A stretch of DNA of 64,000 bases from Arcobacteraceae bacterium (GTDB taxonomy: Bacteria > Campylobacterota > Campylobacteria > Campylobacterales > Arcobacteraceae), in contig JBLWVX010000001.1 of the NCBI GenBank assembly GCA_048268245.1, positions 138,327 through 202,326 on the forward strand. The letters are read 5' to 3'. The notes under the pieces were generated by a model that was not told where the DNA came from, did not search any database, and was given only the letters and a program-made list of their open reading frames with translations. Positions 29,762-40,074 of this stretch are shown piece by piece (the first letter of the stretch is position 1; the number at the start of each line of letters is the position of its first letter). A program made the position numbers and the translations under genes.

Positions 29762-31468
29762 TTATTCTATAATTTCTAAAAGTTGTGAAACAGCATTTTC
29801 TATTTCAACTTCTGTTTTTTCTAAAGTTTTTCTATTAACAAGTTCTACTTTACCTTCTTTTAGTTTCTTTCCAATTACAATTGCATAAGGGAAACCAATA
29901 AGCTCAAAATCACCCATTTTGAAACCAAATCTAGCATTTTTTCTATCATCTAAAATAGTATCAATTCCATTTGCTTTTAACTCTTCATAGATTTTCTCAC
30001 CTACTTCAAGTTCTTCTTCTTTTTTAGCATTTGAAACAATTACATCAACTAAAAATGGTGCAGTCTCTTTAGTCCAGATACAACCTTTTTCATCATGATT
30101 TTGTTCAATTACAGCTGCAACTAATCTTGAAACACCAATACCATAACATCCCATTTCAAAAGCTTGAGCTTTACCATTTGCATCTAAGAACTTAGCATCC
30201 ATAGCTTCACTATACTTAGAACCTAACTGGAATATATGCCCAGCTTCAATCCCTTTTGTATACTCTAATCTTCCACCACAACAAGAACAAGTATCTCCTT
30301 CTTGAACAGCTACTAAATCATCAAAAGTTAAACCTTCCATAGAAGTTAAATCTACACCTTTATAATGGTAGTTTTCTTCATTTGCTCCACAAACAAGGTT
30401 ATTATCTTCTTTTAATTCATTGTCGATTATAACTTGAATATTTTCTGGAAGTCCAACTATTCCACAGTAACCAGCAACTAAACCAGCTTTTTCTAAATCT
30501 TCATCATTAGCATCTTCTAACTCTAAAGCACCAACTGCATTACAAGCTTTTGTTTCTTCAAGTTCATCTACACCTCTTACAAAGAAAAGTACTACTTCTG
30601 TTCTATCTTCATAAACTGCTTTTTTCATTACAGCTTTCATAGAATAATAAGCATCTGCATTTAAAAATTCACTTACTTCTTCAATAGTTTTACAATTAGG
30701 AGTTTCAACTTTCTCAAGAGCAATAGTTTCTAATGCTTCCTTTTTATTTGGCTTTCTAACTGCTGCTTCAATATTTGCACCATATTCACAATCAGGACAA
30801 ACAACTATAGTATCTTCACCTGAGTTTGCTAATACATGGAACTCTTTTGAACCACTTCCACCAATAGCACCACTATCAGCTTCAACAACTCTAAAATCTA
30901 AACCTAATCTATTATAAACATTTTTATATGTTTCTTCCATAAGATTAAATTCTCTTACTAAATCCTCTTTTGAAGCATGGAAAGAGTAAGCATCTTTCAT
31001 CAAGAATTCTCTACCTCTCATAAGACCAAATCTTGGTCTTGCTTCATCTCTAAATTTAGTATTTATTTGATATAAATTTACAGGTAAATCTTTGTAAGAA
31101 GTAATTCTATTTTTTATCATATTTACAACAGCTTCTTCATTTGTAGGAGATAAAACATAATCAGCATTTTTTCTATCTTTGAACTTTAAAAGTTCATTAC
31201 CCATAGTAGCTGATCTTCCTGATTCATCCCAGTAAGATAAAGGTGTTACAAAACCAAACTGAACTTCATTTGCTCCACTTTTATCCATTTCTTCTTTTAC
31301 AACTGCTCTTATTTTTTCTAAAACAATTTTTCCAAGAGGCATAAAGTCATAAATACCAGCACCTGTTTGAGCTACAAAAGCACCTCTTACTAAATATTGG
31401 TGAGATGCTAAAGTTGCATCTTTTGGAGCTTCTTTTGTTGTTGGAATAAACATATTACTAAATTTCAT
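29762..31468 (-). CDS. proS: Proline--tRNA ligase
   Basis: [37 protein letters not shown]. Confidence 0.98.
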   Translation of the reverse strand: MKFSNMFIPTTKEAPKDATLASHQYLVRGAFVAQTGAGIYDFMPLGKIVLEKIRAVVKEEMDKSGANEVQFGFVTPLSYWDESGRSATMGNELLKFKDRKNADYVLSPTNEEAVVNMIKNRITSYKDLPVNLYQINTKFRDEARPRFGLMRGREFLMKDAYSFHASKEDLVREFNLMEETYKNVYNRLGLDFRVVEADSGAIGGSGSKEFHVLANSGEDTIVVCPDCEYGANIEAAVRKPNKKEALETIALEKVETPNCKTIEEVSEFLNADAYYSMKAVMKKAVYEDRTEVVLFFVRGVDELEETKACNAVGALELEDANDEDLEKAGLVAGYCGIVGLPENIQVIIDNELKEDNNLVCGANEENYHYKGVDLTSMEGLTFDDLVAVQEGDTCSCCGGRLEYTKGIEAGHIFQLGSKYSEAMDAKFLDANGKAQAFEMGCYGIGVSRLVAAVIEQNHDEKGCIWTKETAPFLVDVIVSNAKKEEELEVGEKIYEELKANGIDTILDDRKNARFGFKMGDFELIGFPYAIVIGKKLKEGKVELVNRKTLEKTEVEIENAVSQLLEIIE

Positions 31469-31485
31469 TAACTGTTCCCTATCTT

Positions 31486-32781
31486 TTATTTTTTATCTAA
31501 ATGTTCACATTTAAAACTATCAAATACTTCTGAATCATTATTTAATCCAAACATATTTTGAATTGTTCCTACTACTACATCACACTCCATATTTCTAGAA
31601 ATATCTTTTAACTGTTTTGAAGGAGTGTGTAAATACTCAGTAATTACTGTTTGACAAAGTTTTCTAATATTCTCTTCATCTTCTGGATTAATAAAACCTT
31701 TTTTAATGGCATTATCAACTTTTTTATTAATTACTTCATTCCCTTTTAAATAAAGGTTTTTAATAATTGGTTCTATCTCTAATGATTTTAACCAATCAAA
31801 AAATTCAATAGACATTTTACTTACAATTGAGTATGCAGTTTTTGCTTGTTCAGCTCTTAAACTCATATTTTCATTTACAATATCTTGTAAATCATCAACA
31901 GCATAAATCTCTAAATTTGACATTTCAATATCATCAATATCTCTTGGTACTGCTATATCAAACCAATATCGTTCATATGATGTAGGACTTACAATATCTT
32001 CTGTTATAATAGGATATGGGGCAGCTGTTGCTGTAACCATTACCTTTGTTTCTTTTAAAAGTTGTGAAAGCTGTGAATAGTCTTGAACATCAATATTTGC
32101 ATCAAAAGTATCTGCTAATATTTGAGCTTTTTTCTTATCTCTACTTGTTAAAATAACATCAAATCCTGAAGAAATTAAGTGTTTTATTGTAAGTTCACTC
32201 ATCTCCCCTGCACCAATAACTAAAGCTTTAACACCACTAGTATCACCTACAAGCTCTTTTGCTTTTGCAACTGCTGTTGAAGCAACTGATACAGAACCTG
32301 TTCCTAAACTTGTGGCATTTCTAACTGCTGCTGCACATTTAAAAGCAAAATGCATCGCTCTAGTTACATTTGAAGAACAGTACTGTTTTGATTGAGAAAA
32401 TCTAAAAGCATCTTTTAATTGACCTACAATTTGTGTTTCACCAATTACTAAAGAATCTAAAGCAGAAGCAACAGAGAAAAGGTGATGTATTGCACCATTA
32501 TTATCATAGATATCTGCTCTATCATATAATTCATCAAAATCTAAAGAAGAGTATTTTGCAAGTTTTGAAAGAATATCTTTTGAACTTCCATTAATATTTG
32601 AAGACCTTGTAATAATCTCAACCCTATTACATGTAGATAAAACTACTGCTTCTTTAGTGTTTTCATAATCTAAAAGTGATCTTAAAAATCTATCTTTATC
32701 TTCATCACTTCCAAAAGCTAGTTTTTCTCTCATAGAAATATCAGTGTTTTTATGGGAAAAACTAATTATTAAATAACTCAT
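31486..32781 (-). CDS. hemA: Glutamyl-tRNA reductase
   Basis: [34 protein letters not shown]. Confidence 0.97.
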   Translation of the reverse strand: MSYLIISFSHKNTDISMREKLAFGSDEDKDRFLRSLLDYENTKEAVVLSTCNRVEIITRSSNINGSSKDILSKLAKYSSLDFDELYDRADIYDNNGAIHHLFSVASALDSLVIGETQIVGQLKDAFRFSQSKQYCSSNVTRAMHFAFKCAAAVRNATSLGTGSVSVASTAVAKAKELVGDTSGVKALVIGAGEMSELTIKHLISSGFDVILTSRDKKKAQILADTFDANIDVQDYSQLSQLLKETKVMVTATAAPYPIITEDIVSPTSYERYWFDIAVPRDIDDIEMSNLEIYAVDDLQDIVNENMSLRAEQAKTAYSIVSKMSIEFFDWLKSLEIEPIIKNLYLKGNEVINKKVDNAIKKGFINPEDEENIRKLCQTVITEYLHTPSKQLKDISRNMECDVVVGTIQNMFGLNNDSEVFDSFKCEHLDKK

Positions 32782-33681
32782 CTAAAACTCTCTTTCAATC
32801 ATCGCTTTCATTATAAAAATAAGTGTTTCGCTATCTTTTTCATCTTTTACAGCTTCAATAGCTTCATTACCTAAATCTTTAGCTAATTTTATAGAGTCAG
32901 CAAGAGCATTTGTTTCTTCCATCATCTGCTTTATCCAAGAACTCTCTTCGTGTGTTAACTCTTTTTTGTATAATGACTCTAACTTTGACTTATCTTCTAA
33001 TCTCTCATGAAGTAATAAATAAGGAATAGTAACCTTACCTTCAACAAAATCAAGCATTGCAGGCTTTCCTAAAGTATCACTATCTTGTGTAATATCTAAA
33101 ATATCATCTATCATTTGAAAAGCAAGACCAAGGTTTTTACCATATAAAGCATAATTTTCTTTTGGAAGTCCTGCTAAAATAGCTGCACTTTTTGCACTAG
33201 CTTCTATTAAAGAAGCCGTTTTTTTATAAATCATGTCATTATATTTTTCATATGAAGAGTTAAAACTATTTGTTAAATCTACATCTAACATTTCACCAAT
33301 ACTTAAAAGCGTAACTGCACTTGAAACAGTATGAGCTATTTCATGTGGCATTGAAGTTAGTTCTGTAAAGCCTTTTGAATATAAAATATCTCCAAACATA
33401 ATAGATGTTTTATTATCATATAGAGCATTTACAGAAGGTTGACCTCTTCTAGTATCAGCTTCATCAATCACATCATCATGTAAAAGTGATGCTGCATGAA
33501 TCATCTCAATTATTGCACATAGTTTAACTGACTGTTCAGTAACTCCTGCAATTTTTAAAACTAGTTTAGATCTTAACATCTTTCCCGTTGCTAATTTATC
33601 TAAAAGAACTAAACTCTTTTCATCATTACACTCTTTTACAAATGTTTTTATTTGATCTTTAACTTGTTGTAACTCTTCCAC
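32782..33681 (-). CDS. ispB: Polyprenyl (octaprenyl) diphosphate synthase
   Basis: GKMLR, SLLHDDVID...RRG, AFQMIDDILD. Confidence 0.9.
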   Translation of the reverse strand: MEELQQVKDQIKTFVKECNDEKSLVLLDKLATGKMLRSKLVLKIAGVTEQSVKLCAIIEMIHAASLLHDDVIDEADTRRGQPSVNALYDNKTSIMFGDILYSKGFTELTSMPHEIAHTVSSAVTLLSIGEMLDVDLTNSFNSSYEKYNDMIYKKTASLIEASAKSAAILAGLPKENYALYGKNLGLAFQMIDDILDITQDSDTLGKPAMLDFVEGKVTIPYLLLHERLEDKSKLESLYKKELTHEESSWIKQMMEETNALADSIKLAKDLGNEAIEAVKDEKDSETLIFIMKAMIEREF

Positions 33682-33691
33682 AAATATTACC

Positions 33692-33994
33692 TTATGAGTC
33701 TAATCTACAAATGATCTCACCTGTAAATTCTACATAAAGACCTTTTTTCATAGCTTCTAACTCTTTTTCATTATTCATTTTAAACTCTTTGATCTCTTCA
33801 TTAATATCAAAGTTTTCATCTTTTCCTTGAGATAACATCATCTCTAAAGCTGCTATTTTTTCAACAATTTTATCCCATTCTTCTTCTACGATATCTTGTG
33901 AAGCTTCTCTACTTACATCAAAAAATTTTGATTTTGGACTTCCCATAAAAATATCATCTTCGTCTTCTGTAAACCATTCACCGAACATTGACAT
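33692..33994 (-). CDS. DUF2018 family protein
   Basis: DDIF.GSPKSKFFD motif; usual position upstream of ispB-hemA-proS. Confidence 0.8.
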   Translation of the reverse strand: MSMFGEWFTEDEDDIFMGSPKSKFFDVSREASQDIVEEEWDKIVEKIAALEMMLSQGKDENFDINEEIKEFKMNNEKELEAMKKGLYVEFTGEIICRLDS

Positions 33995-34018
33995 ATTATT
34001 TCCTTTTATTTCTTTTTA

Positions 34019-35311
34019 TTAATTTTTAATTCTAACTCTAACAGATTCTGCGTGTGCTGTTAAACCTTCTGTATCAGCAAGTAATGCACAAGCTTCACCT
34101 AACTCGTCAATTGCATTTTTTGAGAAGTTAATAATAGAGCTTTTTTTCATAAAGTTTTCTACATTTAAAGGACTGTAGAATTTAGCCGTACTTCCTGTAG
34201 GAAGAGTATGATTTGGTCCTGCTATATAATCACCAATTGGTTCAGGAGTATTCTCACCTAAGAAAATTGCACCTGCATGCTTAATATATGGTAATAATTC
34301 AAATGCGTTTTTTGTCATAACTTCTAAGTGTTCAGGAGCTATTTCATTCATAAGTTCTAAGGCTTCTTCCATTGTCGAAGTTACAATAATTGCACCTCTA
34401 TCTTCAATTGATTTTCTAGCTATTTCTTCTCTACTTAAAGTTTTTAAGTAGTTTTCAACTTCAACAGATGTTTCATTTGCAATATTTTCATCAGTTGTAA
34501 TCATAATAGAACTAGCCATTTCATCATGCTCTGCTTGAGATAATAAATCAATTGCTAAATATTTAGGTTTTGCAGTTTCATCAGCTAAAATCCCAATTTC
34601 AGAAGGTCCCGCAATCATATCAATATTTACTTCACCAAAAACTAACTTTTTAGCAGTAGCAACAAAAATATTCCCAGGCCCTGTAATAACATCTACTTTT
34701 GGAATAGTAGCAGTTCCATAAGCCATTGCAGCAACAGCAGAAGCTCCACCTACTTTATAAGCTTTTGAAATACCACATAAGTGACAAGCTGCAAGTAATA
34801 ATTCATTTACTTCATTATCAGGAGTTGGAGTACATACAACAATCTCTTCAACACCTGCAACTATTGCAGGAACTGCGTTCATTAAAAGTGAGCTTGGATA
34901 TGCAGCTTTTCCACCAGGGATATAAAGGCCTGCTCTATCAACTGCACTTACTTTTTGACCTAAAATAGTTCCATTTGATTCAAAATCTAACCATGATTTA
35001 GGAAGTTGCTTTTCATGATAAGCTTTGATTCTGTCATATGCTGTATGTAATGCAGCTTTTAATTTATCATCAATGCTATCATAAGCTTTTTTCATCTCAT
35101 CTTGAGAAATCATTAAGTCAGAATCTTCTTTTACTTCCCACTTATCAAACTTCTCAATATGTCTTTTTAAAGCTTCATTTCCCTCTTCAATAATCTCATC
35201 AATAATTCCTGTAACTATTGAAGATACGCCTTTAATATCACTTTTTGCTCTAGCTAGTATCCCATCAAACTCTTCTTTAAAGTTTGAGTCTTTTGTATTT
35301 ATAATTTTCAT
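34019..35311 (-). CDS. hisD: Histidinol dehydrogenase
   Basis: GLYIPGGKAAYPSS, DMIAGPSE, SQAEHD, APEHL, GPNHTLPT. Confidence 0.98.
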   Translation of the reverse strand: MKIINTKDSNFKEEFDGILARAKSDIKGVSSIVTGIIDEIIEEGNEALKRHIEKFDKWEVKEDSDLMISQDEMKKAYDSIDDKLKAALHTAYDRIKAYHEKQLPKSWLDFESNGTILGQKVSAVDRAGLYIPGGKAAYPSSLLMNAVPAIVAGVEEIVVCTPTPDNEVNELLLAACHLCGISKAYKVGGASAVAAMAYGTATIPKVDVITGPGNIFVATAKKLVFGEVNIDMIAGPSEIGILADETAKPKYLAIDLLSQAEHDEMASSIMITTDENIANETSVEVENYLKTLSREEIARKSIEDRGAIIVTSTMEEALELMNEIAPEHLEVMTKNAFELLPYIKHAGAIFLGENTPEPIGDYIAGPNHTLPTGSTAKFYSPLNVENFMKKSSIINFSKNAIDELGEACALLADTEGLTAHAESVRVRIKN

Positions 35312-35820
35312 TAAATTTGTCCTAATATCTCTTCTACAATATTTTCTAAAGGCTTTTTCTCAACATCTACAACGATATCAGCAACTTCTTCGTACTGAGG
35401 TACTCTTGAATCGTAAAGCTTTGTTGCTTCATCTAAATTTTGTAGTAGTGGTCTTTTTTTAAGTTTATTAGCAGCATTTGGAGCAGTATTTATTCTGTCT
35501 AAAATCCCTTGAAATGAAGATTTCAAATAAACTACTGTACCAATATTTTTAATATTCTCTTGCTTATAAAAGCCACCACCAGTTGAAATAATAGTGTTAT
35601 TCACACTTTGCTCTAACCATAATGCAGTTTTCTTTTCTAATGCTCTAAAGTATGGCTCTCCCTCTTGGGCAAAAATCTTTTTAATTTTTCTATTTTCCAT
35701 ACTCTCAATCAAGTCATCTGTATCAATAGCAAACATATCCGAAGATTTAACTAATCCTCTTGCTACTGTACCCTTACCAACACCCATAAAACCTATTAAT
35801 ATAATATTCTTCTTTTTCAT
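35311..35820 (-). CDS. aroK: Shikimate kinase
   Basis: GFMGVGKGT, GE.YFR..E, STGGG, KRPLL. Confidence 0.93.
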   Translation of the reverse strand: MKKKNIILIGFMGVGKGTVARGLVKSSDMFAIDTDDLIESMENRKIKKIFAQEGEPYFRALEKKTALWLEQSVNNTIISTGGGFYKQENIKNIGTVVYLKSSFQGILDRINTAPNAANKLKKRPLLQNLDEATKLYDSRVPQYEEVADIVVDVEKKPLENIVEEILGQI

Positions 35821-35854
35821 AGTCAAAGATTATATCTAAAAGTTTGTAATTTTC

Positions 35855-37774
35855 TCATAAAGAAAAATTCTTTAAGATTGTTAGTTTAAAACATGCACCT
35901 TTATAGCTCACATCTTTATATTTAAAGCTTTCATTTAAAGCTTCAATATCACCCTTTGCAAATCGTTTTAAAATCTGTCTTGACATGTAAAGTCCAATAC
36001 CTGTACCGTTAGATTTTTCTTTTGTTGTAAAGTGTGATTTAAATATATCTTTTATAATTTCTTGAGGAATTCCTGAAGCATTATCTTTTATTTTTATAAC
36101 TACATTCTCATTTTCTTGTTTTGCTTGAACAAAAATATATCTTTTTTCTATACCTTTTCTTTCAAACTCATCTTTTGCATTATTGAAAATATTTATTATT
36201 ACTTGTAAAAGTTCATTTTCATATCCAGAAACTTGAATATCATCAATATCTTTGATAATTTCAATACCTTTATTTTTAAAATGAACACCTAAAAGTTTTT
36301 CAACTTTTACAAATAGTTCCTCAACTGTAAAATTTACATATTGTTTGTTTGGATTAAAAAAATCTTTAAAATCATCAATTGTGTTAGATAAATACTCTAC
36401 TGTATGAATAATATTTTCCATACTTTCATCTATTTCTTTTTTATCAATTGAACTAAACTCATTTTTAAATTTTAAACCTGAGGATTGTGTTGTGATTGCA
36501 TTTAAAGGTTGTCTCCATTGATGAGCAATATTACCTATCATTTCACCCATTGCTGCCATTTTTGCTTGTTGAGATAAAATTAAATCTTTTTCATTATTTT
36601 TATTGATTTGGCTGATTAACTCTTTTTTATGTTTCAGAAATTTTAATCTTAATTGTCTTGATAAAAAAAGTGAAATTAAAATAAAAATAGAACTTAATAA
36701 AATTCCAAATATAAGAATAGTATATAAGCCATCTTGTTTTCTAAGTTTGGCTTCTCTCTCAATATTTTCTAAATTTGATTCTAATTCATCCATATAAAAA
36801 CCAGTTCCAACTGCCCACTGCCAATAATCAAAACCTTTTACATATGTAGTTTTTTTATAACTTTTACCTGTTTTTGGTTTTACTGTAGAGTTATAGTTTA
36901 AATAACCATCACCATTTTTTGCAGTTTTTATTATCTCTTTTGTAATATAAAAAGAGTTGCTATCTTTTAAATCAAGTCTATTTAAACCTACATAGTTTTT
37001 ATTTATATGAGATAAATAATTACCTTTATAATCAATTACAAATACATAGTTTTTATTAGTGTAATTTATTTTTTGAATATAATCTAAAATCTTTTTCTTT
37101 AAAGTTTTTTCAAAATCATCCACATACTCACCAGTACCAATAAACCAATCATAAGGTTTAAACTTATAATTGTAAGTGATTTTTTTAAACTGTATATCAA
37201 AAATTTTTGGCTTATTCCAATATAGCTCATAAAAGAACTCATCACTTTTACTTAAACCTTTTAAGATATCTTTAGAAATAAAGTTTCCTCTTTTATCTTG
37301 AAATTCTAAAAGACTTTTTCCCTCAAGTTCAGGCTTCAATGGATGTAAAATATTCACAGCATTTAAATTATATATATAAAAATATCCTCTTCCTTTATTG
37401 AAAGTGTGTTTTCTTAAAGCATCTTTTATTTTTGTTACTATCTGTTCTTTTGTATGAGTGTCTTTATATTTGTTATAGATATGCATCATAATTCTATGAG
37501 CTTGTTGCACTTCTTTTTTAAGACTTTTTTTTAAGTTTTCTGTACTACTTAGCTTTTCATAGTTTATGTATTCATAAACTATATCCACTTGATTTTTTAT
37601 ATCTTGTTTACTTTTTTCAATAAAACGCTCTTTTAATTTTTTTATGTCTTCTTTGTTTTGAGCATCTTTTTCTAAAAAATACAAGTAGCTAACTATTGTA
37701 ATTAAAACAATTACAATTAATGTTGGTGCATATTTTATTAAATTTAGTATATTTTTTTCACTTGTTTGTAACAT
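35855..37774 (-). CDS. Double Cache-domain sensor histidine kinase
   Basis: Two TM segments flanking two Cache repeats (GYFY...HP, W.IGTG.Y.D); IAHQWRQPL H-box; GTGIGLY. Confidence 0.9.
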   Translation of the reverse strand: MLQTSEKNILNLIKYAPTLIVIVLITIVSYLYFLEKDAQNKEDIKKLKERFIEKSKQDIKNQVDIVYEYINYEKLSSTENLKKSLKKEVQQAHRIMMHIYNKYKDTHTKEQIVTKIKDALRKHTFNKGRGYFYIYNLNAVNILHPLKPELEGKSLLEFQDKRGNFISKDILKGLSKSDEFFYELYWNKPKIFDIQFKKITYNYKFKPYDWFIGTGEYVDDFEKTLKKKILDYIQKINYTNKNYVFVIDYKGNYLSHINKNYVGLNRLDLKDSNSFYITKEIIKTAKNGDGYLNYNSTVKPKTGKSYKKTTYVKGFDYWQWAVGTGFYMDELESNLENIEREAKLRKQDGLYTILIFGILLSSIFILISLFLSRQLRLKFLKHKKELISQINKNNEKDLILSQQAKMAAMGEMIGNIAHQWRQPLNAITTQSSGLKFKNEFSSIDKKEIDESMENIIHTVEYLSNTIDDFKDFFNPNKQYVNFTVEELFVKVEKLLGVHFKNKGIEIIKDIDDIQVSGYENELLQVIINIFNNAKDEFERKGIEKRYIFVQAKQENENVVIKIKDNASGIPQEIIKDIFKSHFTTKEKSNGTGIGLYMSRQILKRFAKGDIEALNESFKYKDVSYKGACFKLTILKNFSL

Positions 37775-37795
37775 GAAAACATTTTAACATAAGTT

Positions 37796-38656
37796 TCATA
37801 ACTCTTTGTACTTGTTTTTATACCTTTGTAGCATTGATTCATTTCCTATTAATCCACCTTGGTGAATATAAAGGTAATTATTATATGCTTTATTATCATT
37901 ATTTATATATCTTTCAAAAAGCTTCATTCCTAAAGAATCGTATAATAGGTCAAACTTTATGTTTGTCTGTTTTAAAAGCTCTAAATAAATTTCATAAAAT
38001 TCTTTGTATAACTTTCCAAAATGATATTTCTTTACTTTTGGCAGAATTGCTGGATGATTAGATTTTTCTAATTCAAAAAATTGTTTTTTTAAATACTCTT
38101 CATCTCCTACACATGCACAAGTGATTACTTCATAAGGTAAGTACTTTTGTAAATATAATGCTGTTGTTCCTGTACCACTTGGTAAAAATACCTTTAGGTT
38201 TTCTATACTATTTTCTTTGGCCCAAAGTTTTATCTCTTCTGCAAGGATTTTTAAGCCAAATTGAGCTTCTTTTAAAGCTCCCCCTTCTTTTATAAATAAT
38301 TCATCATCATTAAAACTTTCTGGTATTTCTTTTTCATAAATATTCATACCATTTTTAAGAGCATACTTATAGTTTCCAACAGGATTATCTTTTAAAAAAG
38401 AAGCAATATGATCTACATAATAATCAAACTCTAAGCCTTTTAATTTTGATAAAACGGATAAAGAGTACATTGCATTTGATTGAGCAGAGCCGTGGGATAC
38501 TATTTTTTTTATGCCTGTTAAATCTTTTTGTAAAAAATAGTAAAATTTTCTTGCTTTATTTCCAGAAAAATCTTTATGGAGTAAGTCATCTCTTTTTATA
38601 TAAAAACTATTATTGTTGTATTTGATTTTTTCAATTGGAGAGTTTGTATATTTCAT
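37796..38656 (-). CDS. PLP-dependent ACC deaminase/D-cysteine desulfhydrase family protein
   Basis: IKRDDL...FSGNKARK, GSAQSN, PSGTGTT, IHQGG; likely start 38656. Confidence 0.85.
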   Translation of the reverse strand: MKYTNSPIEKIKYNNNSFYIKRDDLLHKDFSGNKARKFYYFLQKDLTGIKKIVSHGSAQSNAMYSLSVLSKLKGLEFDYYVDHIASFLKDNPVGNYKYALKNGMNIYEKEIPESFNDDELFIKEGGALKEAQFGLKILAEEIKLWAKENSIENLKVFLPSGTGTTALYLQKYLPYEVITCACVGDEEYLKKQFFELEKSNHPAILPKVKKYHFGKLYKEFYEIYLELLKQTNIKFDLLYDSLGMKLFERYINNDNKAYNNYLYIHQGGLIGNESMLQRYKNKYKEL

Positions 38657-38723
38657 TTTAAAATTGTACCATTTATTAATAAAATTTATGTACAATAACA
38701 AAAAAACTTACAAGAGGATAAAC

Positions 38724-39194
38724 ATGGATATACTTTTTTATATACAAAAAGGTGGTCTTATTGTCTATATACTAATAGCTTTAAATATTATTGGATTTAC
38801 TATAATTCTATGGAAACTATTTACCCTTCCAAGAAAAAATGCCATGATAAAAAAAATAGATGCTAAACTAGATAAAAACTCTACAAATTCAGTTTTTTCA
38901 CAAATAGAGTACGAAGTAAAAAAACTAGAAAGTGGGCTTACATATATAAAAAATATTGCAACTATTGCACCCCTTTTAGGATTACTTGGAACTGTAATTG
39001 GAGTTTATCAATCTTTTGATGTAATCACAAAAAATGGCTTAGGTGATCCTAGTGTTTTCTCAAATGGTATTTCAATAGCTTTAATTACAACAATTGCAGG
39101 TTTAATCGTAGCAATACCTCATCATATTGCTTACAATCATTTTATCTCACAAATTGACTCTATTGAGTTAAAAGCAAAAAGTACAATTAAATAG
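38724..39194 (+). CDS. exbB: ExbB/TolQ/MotA family proton channel
   Basis: APLLGLLGTV.G, GIS.AL.TT..GL.VAIP; RBS GAGGA before ATG 38724. Confidence 0.85.
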   Translation: MDILFYIQKGGLIVYILIALNIIGFTIILWKLFTLPRKNAMIKKIDAKLDKNSTNSVFSQIEYEVKKLESGLTYIKNIATIAPLLGLLGTVIGVYQSFDVITKNGLGDPSVFSNGISIALITTIAGLIVAIPHHIAYNHFISQIDSIELKAKSTIK

Positions 39195-39195
39195 T

Positions 39196-39591
39196 ATGAA
39201 AAGAAGAGAACCTTTAGGTTTAGACTTAACCCCAATCATAGATGTAGTTTTTATACTACTTTTATTTTTTATAGTAAGTTCTGTATTTAAAAAAGATGAA
39301 CTGGCTTTGATACTTGATTTGCCAAACTCAAATGCTAAAGAGTTAAAAGTAGATGAAGAACAAGTTTTTATAGAACTTAGTTCAAATAAACTTGCAATAA
39401 AAGGAATAGAAGTATCTTTTCAATCACTAGAAGATAATCTAAAAGCTATTGAAAATAAACATAAAGCTGTATTAGTTAGAATTGATAAAAAAGTTGAATA
39501 TCAACGAGTTGTGAAAGTTTTAGATTTACTTCAAAAATATGATTTAACAAATCTAGCACTTGTTACAAGTCAAGAAGAAAAAAAGGATTAA
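39196..39591 (+). CDS. exbD: ExbD/TolR family protein
   Basis: LTPIIDVVFILLLFFIV. Confidence 0.88.
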   Translation: MKRREPLGLDLTPIIDVVFILLLFFIVSSVFKKDELALILDLPNSNAKELKVDEEQVFIELSSNKLAIKGIEVSFQSLEDNLKAIENKHKAVLVRIDKKVEYQRVVKVLDLLQKYDLTNLALVTSQEEKKD

Positions 39592-39971
39592 TTTCCCTCT
39601 TCTTCTTTTTTTAATTGCTCATACTCTTCATCTGTAAAAATTCTAGACTTAGTTATAAACTGATAACCCATATCTATTTCAAGAGAAAAAGAGTTACCAA
39701 AAGCTGATTTTTCTTCTCTTACATCAATTGTAATAAAAGAGTGTCTAAAATATTCGAATTGGTCTTTATCTATAAAAAACTCACATCCACATATTTCACC
39801 AAGCTTTACATTTCTACTTGGCACATAAAAATCATCTTTTGCATAACACATAGGAGCTGTTCCATCACAACAACCACCACTTTGGTTAAATACTAATTCA
39901 CCATGTTCTTCTTGAAGTTTTTTGATTACGTCACAAGCTTCTTTTGTAACGTCTACTCTTTTTATTGCCAT
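39588..39971 (-). CDS. DUF779 family protein (aldehyde dehydrogenase-associated)
   Basis: QSGGCCDGTAPMCY and FSLE motifs; directly downstream of aldB. Confidence 0.9.
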   Translation of the reverse strand: MAIKRVDVTKEACDVIKKLQEEHGELVFNQSGGCCDGTAPMCYAKDDFYVPSRNVKLGEICGCEFFIDKDQFEYFRHSFITIDVREEKSAFGNSFSLEIDMGYQFITKSRIFTDEEYEQLKKEEEGN

Positions 39972-39994
39972 AATTTATCCTTTTTATATATAAA

Positions 39995-40039
39995 ACAAAA
40001 AAGGTACAGAAGGAAAAGGGAGAGAGAACCTTCTGTACC
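39995..40039 (-). terminator. Terminator hairpin with 15-nt C/U-only loop after aldB
   Basis: GGTACAGAAGG / CCTTCTGTACC stem (40003-40039); minus-strand loop UUCUCUCUCCCUUUU; followed by U-run. Confidence 0.75.
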
Positions 40040-40074
40040 ACAATAAGGGGTTTAATTAAGTTTAAAACTATCTA

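Noticed and set aside
37796..38656. True ACC deaminase (acdS)
   Set aside because: Short divergent family member; substrate cannot be assigned from visible motifs.
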